Shown one piece after another: positions 43,356-55,273 of a stretch of 64,000 nt of DNA. Source of the DNA: Alphaproteobacteria bacterium. GTDB taxonomy: Bacteria; Pseudomonadota; Alphaproteobacteria; SHVV01. Both the position numbers and the translations under genes were made by a program. The stretch spans positions 2,880,001-2,944,000 of the forward strand of contig OZ253470.1 in the NCBI GenBank assembly GCA_965261735.1, written 5' to 3'. The notes beneath the pieces were generated by a model. It was not told the origin of the DNA. It saw only the letters and a program-made list of their open reading frames with translations, and did not search any database. The number at the start of each line of letters is the position of its first letter. Position 1 is the stretch's first letter.

Positions 43356-43970
43356 TTACGGCCCGGCGCGGCCCTCGTAGTGGTAGGTGAGGGGCCGCGG
43401 CCCGGACATCAGATAACCGGTCTCGAGGCGGCTTAAGGCAAATCCGGCGCCGCGGATGAGCGACTCCGTGGGGCGGTCGAGGTTGCAGCCGCCGACGCAG
43501 AACCGCCACATCGGGTTGAGGCGGTGCTGCCACGTGGCGACCGTGGCCTCCGGTGCCAGGCCATGCTCGACGAAAATCAGCTCGCCGCCCGGCTTGAGAA
43601 CGCGGCGCATTTCCGCGAGCGCCCTTGGTGCGTCCGGGATCGAGCACAACGTCCACGTCATGACGACGGAATCGAAACTCTCGTTCTCGAAGGGCAACGC
43701 CTCCGCCGATATGTCCATGAGTTCGACCGCGAACGGCACGCTGGCGGCGGCCTCGCTCGCCTCCTCGAGCTTCTCCGCCAAGGGATCGACGCCCACGACC
43801 GCTTCGACCTCGCTGCCGTAGAACGGCAGATTGAGGCCGCGGCCGATTCCGACCTCGAGAACCCGCCCCCGAGCCGCCGGTACCACGCGCTGGCGCAGCC
43901 CCGCCATCTCCTCCTGCTTCATCAACAGGTTGATCGCCCACGGCAGGACGTAGTTCTGGTACAGACCCAT
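43356..43970 (-). CDS. Class I SAM-dependent methyltransferase
   Basis: GRVLEVGIGRGLN, WTLCSIPD, RRVLKPGG.LIFVEHG, GGCNLDR. Confidence 0.9.
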   Translation of the reverse strand: MGLYQNYVLPWAINLLMKQEEMAGLRQRVVPAARGRVLEVGIGRGLNLPFYGSEVEAVVGVDPLAEKLEEASEAAASVPFAVELMDISAEALPFENESFDSVVMTWTLCSIPDAPRALAEMRRVLKPGGELIFVEHGLAPEATVATWQHRLNPMWRFCVGGCNLDRPTESLIRGAGFALSRLETGYLMSGPRPLTYHYEGRAGP

Positions 43971-44169
43971 CTCTGATCCCGCTCCCCATGGACCGCTCGC
44001 TAGCGATCCATCGTCCACGATATCACGCGCCCGGTCGGGTGCGCGCGGCCATCTTGGAGGTCGCGTTTCACGCACTCGTGAGAAGAGGTGACCGCACGCG
44101 CTGACGCTTTCCGGCCCGCGCGACCCCACATTCAGAGTGAACCGTGTCTCGGCACAAGGAGGGGTCCCG

Positions 44170-45096
44170 ATGGCGAGAACGTCTCCTCATTTAGCGGCGC
44201 CCGTACGGCTCGACTGGATAGCCCTGGCCTTGCGCGCGGGTCTCGGTCTCGTTCTGCTGGTCGGCGGCTGGAACAAGCTTAAGCCACCTTATCGACCCGG
44301 CGCGCGACGCGGCGCTCGTCGCCCTCTACTTGGGCCCGCAGGGGTACATCAACGATTTCTTCGCCCAATATCTATTTGCCGGCGCGCTCGGCGAATGGAT
44401 CTCGCCGTGGCTGTTCCTGACCGCACTATCCTCGATCGAGCTGGCGAGCGGCATCGCCCTCATCGCCGGCCTCCTGGTGCGGCCGCTCGCTCTCGTCTGG
44501 GGCCTGCTGCTGTGGACCTTCGTGATCGCGATCCCGGTCGTCACCGCTCCGGGCGTGGAGGTCGCGGTCCCGACCTACACCTCGCCCGCCCTGCTGGTGC
44601 AGGCGCGCGACGTGGCGCTCTCGGGGATGATGTTCGCGCTCTTCAACCTCGGTGCCGGCTCGGCCAGCTTGGACGCACGCCTCTTTGGCTCGCCGCGCGT
44701 GCGCGCAACCGATTGGAACAACCTCGGCCTGCTGCTGCGCCTGTCGCTCGCGCTGCCCCTCCTCGTCGGCGGCGCCTTCGCGGGACTCGATCATATCCAG
44801 TCCTTCGCCGCAACGCCCTGGCTGCTCGTGCCGCTTGGCGTGCTGATCGCGGCTGGCGCCGGCGGCGTGAGCGGGCGCGCGGCCAGCCTCGCCACCGCAC
44901 TCGTCATGCTGTGGTTCATGGCGACCCGCGTAAGCCTCGATGCCACGTTGATCGCCAACCTGAACGCGTTCAAGCGTGAGTTCGCGCTGCTCGCCGCGGC
45001 CGGCGTGCTCGCCTACGCCGGCGGCGGGGCGAGGTTCAGTTGGCGCGGCGCCGTGAGCGCACTCAGGCACCCTTCGCCCGCGACCGCGACGCGCGC

Positions 45097-45100
<4 letters not shown>
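44170..45100 (+). pseudogene. Double-DoxX / DoxD-like membrane protein with a +1 frameshift near 44281
   Basis: LRAGLGLVLLVGGWNKL continues as SHLIDPARDAALVALYLGPQGYIN after removing one A; IELASGIALIAGLLVR, RDVALSG. Confidence 0.65.
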
Positions 45101-46260
<1,160 letters not shown>

Positions 46261-46263
46261 CGG

Positions 46264-47087
46264 TTATTTGAGCCTGCGGCGCAGGTGGTTCACGAGATCG
46301 ATCCTGGTGACGACGCCGAGGAATCGGTCGCCGTCGACGACGAGAGCCACGCGATCGGCGCGCAGGATCGGCAGCAGGGCGTCGATCGGCTGCGACGGCG
46401 CGATGACCTCCAGGCGGCTCGTCATGAAGTCGCGCACCGGGGCCGCGAACCGCTCCTCATGCTCGTAGACGGCGACCAGCAGATCGGACTCGTCGAGGAT
46501 GCCGACGATCTGCTCGCCGTCGAGCACCGGGAGCTGCGAGATATCGTAGAGGCGCATGCGACCGTAGGCGGTGTTGAGCGTGTCGTCGGGCGCCACGGCC
46601 ACCACCGCGCCCTCTTCCGCGCGCCGGGAGATCAGGTCGCGGATATCGCCGAAGCGCTCGCGCTCGATGAATCCCTGATCGATCATCCAATAGTCGTTGA
46701 ACATCTTCGACAGGTACTTGCTGCCGCTATCGCAGATGAAGGTGACCACGCGCTTGGGCACGCTCTGCGCCCGGCAGTAGGCGAGCGCCGCGTGGACCAG
46801 CGTCCCCGAGGACGAGCCCGCGAGGAGGCCCTCCAGGCGCAGCAGCTCGCGCGCGGTGTGAAAGCTCTCTGCGTCGCTCACGGTGATGACTTGCGAGACC
46901 AGGCTGAGGTCGCAGATGGGCGGCACGAAGTCCTCGCCGATCCCCTCGACGAGCCAAGACCCCGCCTCGACACTTTTTCCCGTGCGCACCAACTCCGCGA
47001 GCACCGATCCTTGCGGATCGGCCAGCACCATCTCGACCTCCGGCGCGCTACGGCGAAAGAAGCGGCCGATGCCGGTGAGCGTACCGA
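46264..47087 (-). pseudogene. Cystathionine beta-synthase with C-terminal CBS pair, 5' part missing at the ISKra4 remnant
   Basis: GTLTGIG..LADPQGS..VEGIGEDF..EGLLAGSSSG..CDSGSKYLSK; the PLP-lysine region is absent. Confidence 0.88.
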
Positions 47088-47438
47088 GCGGGAACTCGCC
47101 TTCTTCCGCAAGCATCGCCATCGCATGCGCTACCACGCCCTGAAGGAAGAGGGCATCGCCATCGGCTCAGGCGTGGTCGAGGCTGCCAACAAGATCCCTG
47201 GTGACACAGCGCATGAAGCGCTCCGGCATGCGCTGGCGGATCGTCGGCGGACAGGCTGTTCTGACCTTCCGCGCCCTGATCAAATCCGGCCGCTTCGAGC
47301 GCGCATGGAAGGCCCTGATCAGCGCAACCGACACACCGGCCAACGACAACATCAGTCCACGTGCAGCAGCCATGGCAATCGCTGCCTGAACTCAACGAAC
47401 CAAGCCGCAGACATCACTGCCATGCGAGACTCGCACCC
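47086..47438 (+). mobile_element. ISKra4-family transposase 3' remnant and probable right end
   Basis: FFRKHRHRMRY..IGSGVVEAANK / LVTQRMKRSGMRW..GGQAVLTFRAL; ends near CGCACCC. Confidence 0.75.
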
Positions 47439-47509
47439 AAGCTGCCCCTTCAACTTGCAAAGCATTCTTTCGAACCAACACCGCCTATTAGCAAAAGGTA
47501 CATCGTGCT

Positions 47510-47893
47510 CTAGGGTTGAAGTAATTTTCGTTTTGTTTCTTCTATCAGTCGGTGAATGGCTGCGACCGATTCCAATAATTGCTGCCGCTGTTCATCACTG
47601 AGCCCACATTCCAAGGGATACTCTTCGGCATTCTTCAGCTCCTTCAAGCACGACTTCAATTCGTGGTCGAATTCCGCTAGGCGACGCCTCAGTTCCTTCC
47701 TTTCCGGTGTTTCATTGCGGCCTACGATCAGCTTGTAGAGAATGAATCCTGCGAGGCCGGCAAACATCACACCGTAAAGCCAAAAAATCCCACCACCAAG
47801 ATCGCCTTCATCTCCGATACCGCCGTGAGCGAAAGCGACGCCCGAATTGGCACAGACAACCATCATTGTCACCAGAATTGGCTTGTGTTGCAT
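47510..47893 (-). CDS. Small membrane-anchored coiled-coil hypothetical protein (AT-richer)
   Basis: Signal peptide ending AFA-HGG, one TM segment, coiled-coil C-terminus. Confidence 0.6.
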   Translation of the reverse strand: MQHKPILVTMMVVCANSGVAFAHGGIGDEGDLGGGIFWLYGVMFAGLAGFILYKLIVGRNETPERKELRRRLAEFDHELKSCLKELKNAEEYPLECGLSDEQRQQLLESVAAIHRLIEETKRKLLQP

Positions 47894-47950
47894 GATCAAC
47901 CAACCTCGAAGAGTGGGCACGGGCAGTGACGTTGGAGAGCGCATATGGCA

Positions 47951-48032
47951 AGGGCAATGGCGCATCTGCTTCCGATGGGCCGCCGGCGATGTGACCGAGG
48001 TCGAGATCGTGGACTATCACCCAGGACCGTAG
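47951..48032 (+). pseudogene. higB: HigB toxin C-terminal remnant
   Basis: QWRICFRW...VEIVDYH directly upstream of higA. Confidence 0.8.
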
Positions 48033-48051
48033 CGATGTGAAGGATGTCGCC

Positions 48052-48345
48052 ATGGCAGAGCCTCGAAAATCTCACCCAGGCGAGATACTCAAGCAGGAGT
48101 TCCTGAGCGAGATCGGCATGAGCCAGAACCAGCTCGCCCATGCGATCGGCGTTCCAGGCAACCGCATTCACGCCATCGTCAACGGCACCCGCGACATCAC
48201 GGCGGATAGTGACCTGCGGCTGTGCAGGTTCTTCCGCCTGTCGGAAGGCTATTTCCTGCGCCTCCAGAACGCCTACGACACGCGCGAAGCCAAACGGCGC
48301 ATTTCGGCTCAGGTCGCCAAGATCAAGCCCTACAAAGCCCGTTGA
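48052..48345 (+). CDS. higA: HigA-family antitoxin
   Basis: HPGEILKQEFL, LAHAIGVPGNRIHAIVNGTRDITADSDLRL, LRLQNAYD. Confidence 0.92.
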   Translation: MAEPRKSHPGEILKQEFLSEIGMSQNQLAHAIGVPGNRIHAIVNGTRDITADSDLRLCRFFRLSEGYFLRLQNAYDTREAKRRISAQVAKIKPYKAR

Positions 48346-48359
48346 AGCGGCCTTAAGCC

Positions 48360-48540
48360 ATGAAGGCGATCATCCTCGCCAGCGCCTCGCCGATTACTGC
48401 ACCCGCAAGGGGCTCGACGTAATCAGGGTATTCGAGCTGGTTGAGTCCTCGACCCGGGGCGAGCGCAAAGAGTTCACGGCGATGCTGGAGTTCGCCAAGG
48501 CGAGGAAGGAATCGATCGCCATCGTCGCCGACGCGGTCGT
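48360..48540 (+). pseudogene. Serine recombinase N-terminal remnant, catalytic RVS segment deleted
   Basis: MKAIILA joined out of frame to QRLADYCTRKGLDV..ESSTRGERKEF..IVADAV. Confidence 0.65.
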
Positions 48541-48793
48541 GGACATCGCCGGGGTCGGTCGTTGGATCCGCTCGTAGTGTGAGCAGCTCTCCGATCTCGC
48601 CCAGAGAGAAACCGAGTGCTTGCGCTTGCCGGGATGAAGCGAACCCGGCCTATGTCTTCCTCGGAATACTGCCGATGCCGCCGCGCTCGGGCTTCGGGGG
48701 CCGCCGGATGAGGCCCCGTCGCTCGTTGAAGCGGATCGTTTCGACGCCGACGCCAGCCTCCCGCGCAGTTCCTCCAATTGTCATCAACTTCAT
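48530..48793 (-). pseudogene. merR: MerR-family regulator remnant with two frameshifts
   Basis: MTIGGTAREAGVGVETIRF.ERRGLI / RQYSEEDIGRVRFI / RQAQALGFSLGEIGELL; TCCGTAC operator half-site at 48822-48828. Confidence 0.75.
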
Positions 48794-48844
48794 GCGATCC
48801 TCCGTGGCCTCTGATATAGGGTCCGTACATCCTTGCCCTGGCCG

Positions 48845-48952
48845 CGGAAAGCAAAAAACCCGGCCTTTCGGGCGGGGTTCTTGCTCAGCAAGTTAAGATG
48901 GTTGCGGGGGCGCGAAACCACCGAGAGTTGACTCTCTCCGTGGAGGTCTGAT
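48845..48952 (+). pseudogene. C-terminal tail of a large serine recombinase
   Basis: ATGGTTGCGGGGGCGCGAAACCACCGAGAGTTGAC encodes MVAGARNHRELT, a recombinase terminus I recognise from alphaproteobacterial integrative elements. Confidence 0.55.
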
Positions 48953-49069
48953 TCGCGGGCCCGCAAACAACGAGAATCACTCGTAGTACCGGTAATGCTG
49001 TAAGTTCAAATGGGATAGGCCCGCCGAGGGACGATGGGTATCGGGCGCTAACTCAACAACGGTGACGTG

Positions 49070-49166
49070 ATGTCCGCTTTTCGGGCGATCATGCCCGCTT
49101 CAGGGCCAAGAGCGGACCTATGCAGTAGCGGGGCCGGAGTTCTGCTGCTGACCCCAAGCAGACATT
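49070..49166 (+). repeat. Partial copy R5 of the multi-hairpin repeat
   Basis: ATGTCCGCTTT..GCCCGCTTCAGGGCCAAGAGCGGACC..TCTGCTGCTGACCCCAAGCAGACATT. Confidence 0.6.
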
Positions 49167-49338
49167 TCCGGCGTCCGTAATCACGCCTGTTTACATGCCC
49201 ATCTGTATCATCGGTTATCTACATGTATCCCGGCTATATGAGCAGAAGCGCATGGGCACGGTCGCGCCGGACGCGCTTGGGAAAGGAAAACCGCAGCCCC
49301 CAGGCCCGCCGTCTCGCCTTTTCTATAAACCTGCGAGA

Positions 49339-51773
49339 TTAAGCGGTCCGCCTGCGCCGTCTTATGACCCCCAACCCGCCAAGACCAAGGGCGAAAATGG
49401 CGAGGGCGGCGGGTTCGGAGACTGCAGCGGCTACCGTATACGTATGAGTGTGGGCCGTCATTTGGGCCGCGGTCATGATAAGCGACTCAACACCTGATTC
49501 CTGACCGAGCTGCCAGTTCGTCAGTCCCGGCCCCGTGCCGTCGCCCACGGCGAGCATTCCGCGCAGGTCAGGAAGTGCGAAGGTTGTTCGACCGTCCCCG
49601 CCATAGGTGGTGCCGAGCAGCGCGAATAGAGCATTGTTGCTGGAGATCGGCAGTAGTTGACCATTGGCGGATACATAGCCAGAGGGCAAGCTAAAATCAT
49701 TAGGGGCAAATAGCTCAACGAAGCCGAGAGTCGGGTCGGGTAACACGCTGCCGCCAGAACTAGGAAATAAACCGGTTAGCGGCATCACGTAGTTCAGATC
49801 AAGCGACGGCTGCATGTTTGTGTACGTTTGTCCGCCGTCGGATCGTGTCCCGCGGAGTGGTGTAAGAGCGTTGCGCTCTACGCGGCTCCCGGCGGGTAGG
49901 GCCGGGACGTTCAGGCTGCCACGGTGGGCAGCGTGATGGGGACACCATCGCTCAGCGGAGCGATGGATTCCAGCGTCATGTATCTCCTTGAGACGGCCCA
50001 CTCGTCGTTCTGCTCGAGAAGGATGGCGCCGACGAGCCGTGTGATGGCGGCTTCGTTGGGAAAGATACCGACGACGTTGGTGCGACGCTTGACCTCGGCA
50101 TGGAGCCGTTCGATCGGGTTTGTGGAGTGCAATTTCTGGCGGTGCTCCCTGGGGAAGCTCATGTAGGCGAGGACGTCGTGCTCGGCTTCGTCCATGAGAA
50201 CTGCCAGCTTGGGCACCTTGGGCCTGAGCTGGTCGGCGACCTGGCGCCACTGGACCTTCGCGCTGTCGGCGTCCTCCTGGGCGAAGGCGGAGACGACGCG
50301 CCGGCCCTGGCGGCCGGCATGGGCCAGCAGGTTGCGGGCGAAGTGCACGCGGCAGCGCTGCCATGTGGCGCCGAGGATCCGGGTCGCGGCGGCCTTCAGG
50401 CCCTTGTGGTCGTCGGAGATCACCAGCTTCACGCCGCGCAGCCCGCGCCGGGCCAGCGAGCGCAGGAACTCGGTCCAGAAGGTCTCGGCCTCCGACGCGC
50501 CGATCGCCACGCCCAGGACCTCGCGGCGGCCTTGGTCGTTGACGGCCACAGCCACGGTCACCGCGACCGAGACGATGCGTCCGGTCTGGCGCACCTTCAC
50601 GTAGGTGGCGTCGAGCCACAGATAGGGCCAGTCGCCCTCCAGCGGTCGATCGAGGAAGCCGGTGACCTTATCGTCGATCTCGCCGCACAGCCTGGAGACC
50701 TGGCTCTTGGAGGCGCCCGACATCCCCATCGCCTGAACCAGATCGTCGACCGAGCGGGTCGACACCCCCTGGATGTAGGCCTCCTGGATCACCGCAGCCA
50801 GCGCCTTCTCGGCCATCCGCCGCGGCTCCAGGAAGCCCGGGAAGTAGCTTCCCTTCCTCAGCTTCGGGATCTTCAGCTCGACCGTGCCGGCCCGCGTCTC
50901 CCAGGACCGGTCGCGGTAGCCGTTGCGATGGGTGATACGATCCGCCGAGCGCTCGCCGTGCCCGGCGCCGGTCAGGCCCTCAACCTCCAGTGCCATCAGC
51001 CGCTCGGCCGTGAAGCCGATCATCTCGCAAAGCAGATCGGCATCGGAGCTCTTCTCCAAAAGCGCGCGCAGGGTCATCATGTCCTGGGTCATCGTGGTTC
51101 TCCTTCGGGTCAGGTTGGTTTGCACTAGCCCAACCCTAAACCGGAACCGCGATGGCCTCCGCTGTGGATAGCCGGCTTGCCTACGCCAGACTCTCGGCGG
51201 TCGCTACGGCAAGCCGCCTACCCACAGCTAACAGAGGCTCCAACAACTCCTACACCACGTCCTGGGACACGACCCGCCGCCGCCAGCCGTATCCGTGACA
51301 GCGCTGGGCGGCGATGGCAGGGTGTGGTTGTGGGCCGGCAGCGGTAGAGAGACGTTTTCAACGCCGATTTTCTGACCAAGCGTCTTTGGAGTCAGCCCCG
51401 GCCCCGCGCAGTCGCCGATTGCCGTGCGGCCGCGCAGGTCAGTAAGTGCGAAGGTCGTTCGGCCGTCGCCGCCATAGGTCGTGCCGAGCCGCGAAAATAG
51501 AGATGTGTTACCGGAGATCGACAGTAGTTGTCCGTTTGCTTCCGCCCAGCCGCTCGGCGCGAAGTTACCGCCAAAAATGGTAACCTCCCCAAGAAAATCA
51601 AAATCTCCTTGGACGCGAATGAGCGGGTTCAATTCCAAAAACGGCTGAATCGTCGTCTGCGCGCCGCCGCCACTCGTTGATCCTGTCATCAATGGAATTG
51701 CGGCGGCGTCCGCCGGAAGAAATCCGGTCATCGCCCAGGACATGGCAAGCGCGACAATACTTCGTCGGAACAT
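49339..51773 (-). pseudogene. Secreted PEP-CTERM protein with two phage tail-collar domains, interrupted by IS256-C (330 aa when rejoined)
   Basis: Signal peptide; twice ANGQLLxISxNxxLFxxLGTTYGGDGRTTFALxDLRG; C-terminal VSEPAALAIFALGLGGLGVIRRRRR; in frame after removing the IS and one 8-bp TSD. Confidence 0.88.
49841..51274 (-). mobile_element. IS256-family element, copy C (transposase 49911..51092)
   Basis: Near-identical to copy A; 8-bp TSD with one mismatch, CGCCGTCG / CGCCGCCG. Confidence 0.95.
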
Positions 51774-51811
51774 GACACCCTCCTCCACCAACGCACTTTA
51801 ACGTCATTTTC

Positions 51812-51826
51812 GCAAATTCCGTGCCA
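51812..51826 (-). promoter_or_regulatory. Sigma-54 promoter of the PEP-CTERM gene
   Basis: Minus strand TGGCAC-GGAAT-TTGC matches the -24/-12 consensus. Confidence 0.85.
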
Positions 51827-51888
51827 ACTTCAGAATTGAATGATTTCCATTAGTTAACGAGCAAGCCCACGTTAACGTTAACCAGAAG

Positions 51889-52015
51889 TGTAAAGAATTC
51901 CGACACTTTTTGGCAGTTTTCGGTCACTAATACGGGCCATGGCGAGACTCTCGTCTGTGTATCAATGACTTAAGGGTGTTTTGGGCCGATTTTCGAGGTG
52001 TAAAACCCACCGACA
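51889..52015 (-). promoter_or_regulatory. Two putative enhancer sites (PEP-CTERM-box-like)
   Basis: Minus strand TGTCGGAATTCTTTACA (51889-51905) and TGTCGGTGGGTTTTACA (51999-52015) upstream of the sigma-54 site. Confidence 0.65.
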
Positions 52016-52081
52016 CCCCACATGTTGTGTTTTGGAGCACCATGGCGCGGTGGACGCACGACCGCCGAACTGCCGAATCCA

Positions 52082-52121
52082 ATGCAGTGGACGGCTCCCC
52101 TCCAACGGCATTGCAATGTGC
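52082..52121 (+). mobile_element. Orphan IS1111-type left-end remnant
   Basis: TGGACGGCTCCCCTCCAACGGCATTGCAATGTGC resembles TGGACGCCCCTCCCGACGGCATCGCGATGTGC at 23552-23583. Confidence 0.55.
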
Positions 52122-52138
52122 TCGTTAAATGAACCGCG

Positions 52139-52318
52139 AATGTCTCTTATTGGCTAGGAAGCGAAGTTCGGACCCGGTCGCCGATACGACCGCTCTACCC
52201 GCGAAAGCCGACCTTCGAGCCGCAACATCCGCTTGCCCCCGACTATGTCTGCTTCACCTGAGGGAGCAGACCGTCTTGTCGATCTAGCCGGTCGTCTGGT
52301 CCTGACCATGAGCGGACT
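52139..52318 (+). repeat. Dispersed multi-hairpin repeat, copy R4
   Basis: TGGCTAGGAAGCGAAGTTC...CGCGAAAGCCGACCTTCGAGC...TTCACCTGAGGGAGCAGAC...AGCGGACT. Confidence 0.85.
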
Positions 52319-52472
52319 GATGGTCGTCGGAACGCGGCGACGATCAGGAACGCATCATCCTGCTGCTAAAGTGAGGGCGCGCAGTACCGTGAACCGCCCA
52401 TATTCACCACGCCGCGTTAGTTTGAGGCGCTCTTCCGGCCGGCTTCCCATTTGTCGATGCGATCCAATGAAC

Positions 52473-53577
52473 CTTGCCTATCCGGTTAACGCCCATGACC
52501 GCTACATGTAGGGTGCCACCACTCTCCCGAGTAAAGCTCGGCATAGGTTGGAGCAGAGGTGTCGCCCGCGATGCCGAGCAATGAGCGGAAGGCGTTGAAC
52601 GGGTAGAACCGCCTGTTGAAGCGGAAGGTGAAGTCGTTGAGGTAGGCTTGTAGGTGCTGGTGGCTAACGCCGTGGTGGATACCGATCAGCCACGTCTTCA
52701 GGTTGGCGAAAACCAGATGGATGATCGGCAGGTATTGCTCGGCAACCTCTGGATCACCACACTCGGCAACAGCGAAGTGCTCATAGCCGCGCTTACCGAG
52801 GCCAGCATAGCCGCTCCAATCGTCAGTAACGATCAGCGATCGCGGCGCGACGGTGCTCTCGACGAACCCACAGAGCGACTCGGCGCTACGGTCGAGCACG
52901 ACGGCGAGCCGAACGCGTCCGGCATAGCGTCCGTCTTTCCGGTTGTCGAGCTTGGTGCCCGGCTTTCGATGACGCACCTCGATGGCACAGGAGACGGGAA
53001 CCTTGTGGTGAACACCACGGCCTTCCCCACGCGTTCGCCCGCCAACCCAGGTTTCGTCCACCTCAACATGGTTCTTGGGCTGTCCACCGATCCTGTCTTG
53101 GTTGGGCCGCACCATGCCCGAGCGGAGCTTGTGGAGAATTTGAAAGGCCGTCTCGTAGCGCGAAAGACCAAGTTGCCGCTGAAACTGCACGGCGGACATG
53201 CCGGGCGTCTGACTGGCGACCAGATAAGCGGCCCAGAACCAGACGTTCAGCGGAGTGTGGCTACGCTCCATCACTGTTCCCACCGTCAGCCCGGTGTTCT
53301 GGCGGCACTTGCGGCAGCGCAGGACGCCAGGGCGGTTTTCAAAGTGGAACGGCTCTCCCGCCGTGCCGCAGTGCGGGCAGGCAAAGCCGTCTCCCCAGCG
53401 GGCTTTCTCCAGGTAGGCGGCGCAGGCCGCATCATCGGGGAAAAGTCGCTGGAACTCGGGTAGCGAATGCGGGAATGGGAGATCGGCGCGGTCGAGAACA
53501 TCCATGGCGCGCTCCCCTATATCCGGGTTGCGCCCATTCTAGCCCTAGTGGGTGTGGGTGTAAACCGGATAGGCAAG
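52473..53577 (-). mobile_element. IS1595-family element, copy 3 (transposase 52486..53505)
   Basis: Near-identical to copy 2 (YLNDF instead of YLNEF); both IRs present; no TSD. Confidence 0.95.
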
Positions 53578-53579
53578 GG

Positions 53580-53948
53580 AGTTCCGCATGCTCACCGTGA
53601 TCGATGAGTTTACCAGGCGGTGCATGGCCGTTGTCGTCGAGCGAAGATTGAACTCGGACAATGTACTCCATTGTCTGACCGAGCTCTTCGTCCAACATGG
53701 CCCGCCGGATCATATCCGTTCCGACAACGGCTCAGAGTTTACCGCTCATGCCGTCCGCGACTGGCTCGGCAGGATCGGCGTCAAGACCCTCTATATCGAG
53801 CCCGGGTCACCTTGGGAGAACGGATACAACGAGAGCTTCAACTCAAAGCTCCGGGACGAAATCTTGAACACGGAGATCTTCTCTACACTGAAGGAGGCCA
53901 AAGTGCTGATCGAACGATGGCGGCATCACTATAATACCATCCGGCCGC
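53580..53948 (+). mobile_element. IS3-family orfB fragment (inverted duplicate of 54602-54970)
   Basis: LTVIDEFTR, IRSDNGSEF, PGSPWENGYNESFN. Confidence 0.9.
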
Positions 53949-55028
53949 GAGTGCCTCTTCATCATCCCGACCACGGGGTCTCTTGCGCTGGGTTGAGCGA
54001 TGTTGGCCTGCAACAGCACAGGCACGTCGCTCGGAGATTCCCAATTCGGCCTGGAGATGATCAACACACTGCCGGCGACGGGCGGGGCTTAGCAATTTCC
54101 CTCAAGCGCCTCTTTCAAGATCAGCTTATCCAACGTCAGATCCGAGATCGCCTTCCGGAGACGGCCATTCTCCTTCTCCAGGTCCTTCAGACGCTTGGCC
54201 TGGTCAGTACGAAGGCCGCCATATTCCTTGCGCCAGCGATAGTAACTCTGCTCCGATACGCCGAGCGTGCGACAAGCTTGACCAATGGACTGGCCCTGCG
54301 CCAAGGCCACCTCGGCTTCGCGCAACATGCTGATAATCTGTTCTGGGGTGTAGCGTTTACGGCTCATTTTGTCCTCCTTTCGAGGGGGCAAAATGCGCCA
54401 AACTCTCTTAACAAATCTGGACCACTTTTAGGGGGTCACTCCAAGGGTGGCCTGCCCCCGATTAGTGGTCCAGCGCTTAAGTTAGAGTTTGGCGCGGGTT
54501 AAGTTGATGGGCCAACCGTAGCCCCTCAACAGCCTAGGTTGGCCCCTCAACGTTTGGCAAGATGGTTTCTGGGGCCGGCGGTCTGTATCCGAGCGAGCTA
54601 TGCGGCCGGATGGTATTATAGTGATGCCGCCATCGTTCGATCAGCACTTTGGCCTCCTTCAGTGTAGAGAAGATCTCCGTGTTCAAGATTTCGTCCCGGA
54701 GCTTTGAGTTGAAGCTCTCGTTGTATCCGTTCTCCCAAGGTGACCCGGGCTCGATATAGAGGGTCTTGACGCCGCTCCTGCCGAGCCAGTCGCGGACGGC
54801 ATAAGCGGTAAACTCTGAGCCGTTGTCGGAACGGATATGATCCGGCGGACCATGTTGGACGAAGAGCTCGGTCAGACAATGGAGTACATTGTCCGAGTTC
54901 AATCTTCGCTCGACGACAACGGCCATGCACCGCCTGGTAAACTCATCGATCACGGTGAGCATGCGGAACTTCCTCCCATCGTGTGTTCGATCCATGACGA
55001 AGTCATAGGACCAGACGTGATTGGGCCA
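53947..55028 (-). mobile_element. Circularly permuted IS3-family element: orfB 3' part, IRR, 4 bp, IRL, orfA (54089..54367), orfB 5' part
   Basis: MSRKRYTPEQII..YYRWRKEYGG..RLKDLEKEN; IRs TGGAGTGACCCCCTAAAAGTGGTCCAG and TGGCCTGCCCCCGATTAGTGGTCCAG meet at 54443/54448. Confidence 0.9.
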
Positions 55029-55029
55029 A

Positions 55030-55230
55030 CTCCGAGGGGTAGCGCTCCTGAATCTCGACCAGCTTGCCGTGAGCCTCCTCCAGTAATGCCAGTCGCTCCT
55101 GGCTGGATTCCGCTCTTTCCTACATCTGGACCAGGGTCGCCGCTGCGACCCGCAGCCGCCGCGCATCGTCTGCCCAGGCCGCACCGGACACCAGCGTCAC
55201 GAGGCTGAATACGAGAAACCATCGCATCAT
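55030..55230 (-). pseudogene. Secreted helical protein 5' remnant (internal TAG, cut by the IS3 fragment)
   Basis: RBS GAAGGA; MMRWFLVFSLVTLVSGAAWADDARRL..QM*ERAESSQERLALLEEAHGKL..RYPSE. Confidence 0.5.
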
Positions 55231-55273
55231 GGTCGTTTCCTTCTAACGGGCCGCGCCGATACCGCGTCGGCGG

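Noticed and set aside
55119-55121. In-frame TAG as pyrrolysine or readthrough
   Set aside because: The gene is also truncated by IS3; a nonsense mutation is simpler and no pyl genes are visible
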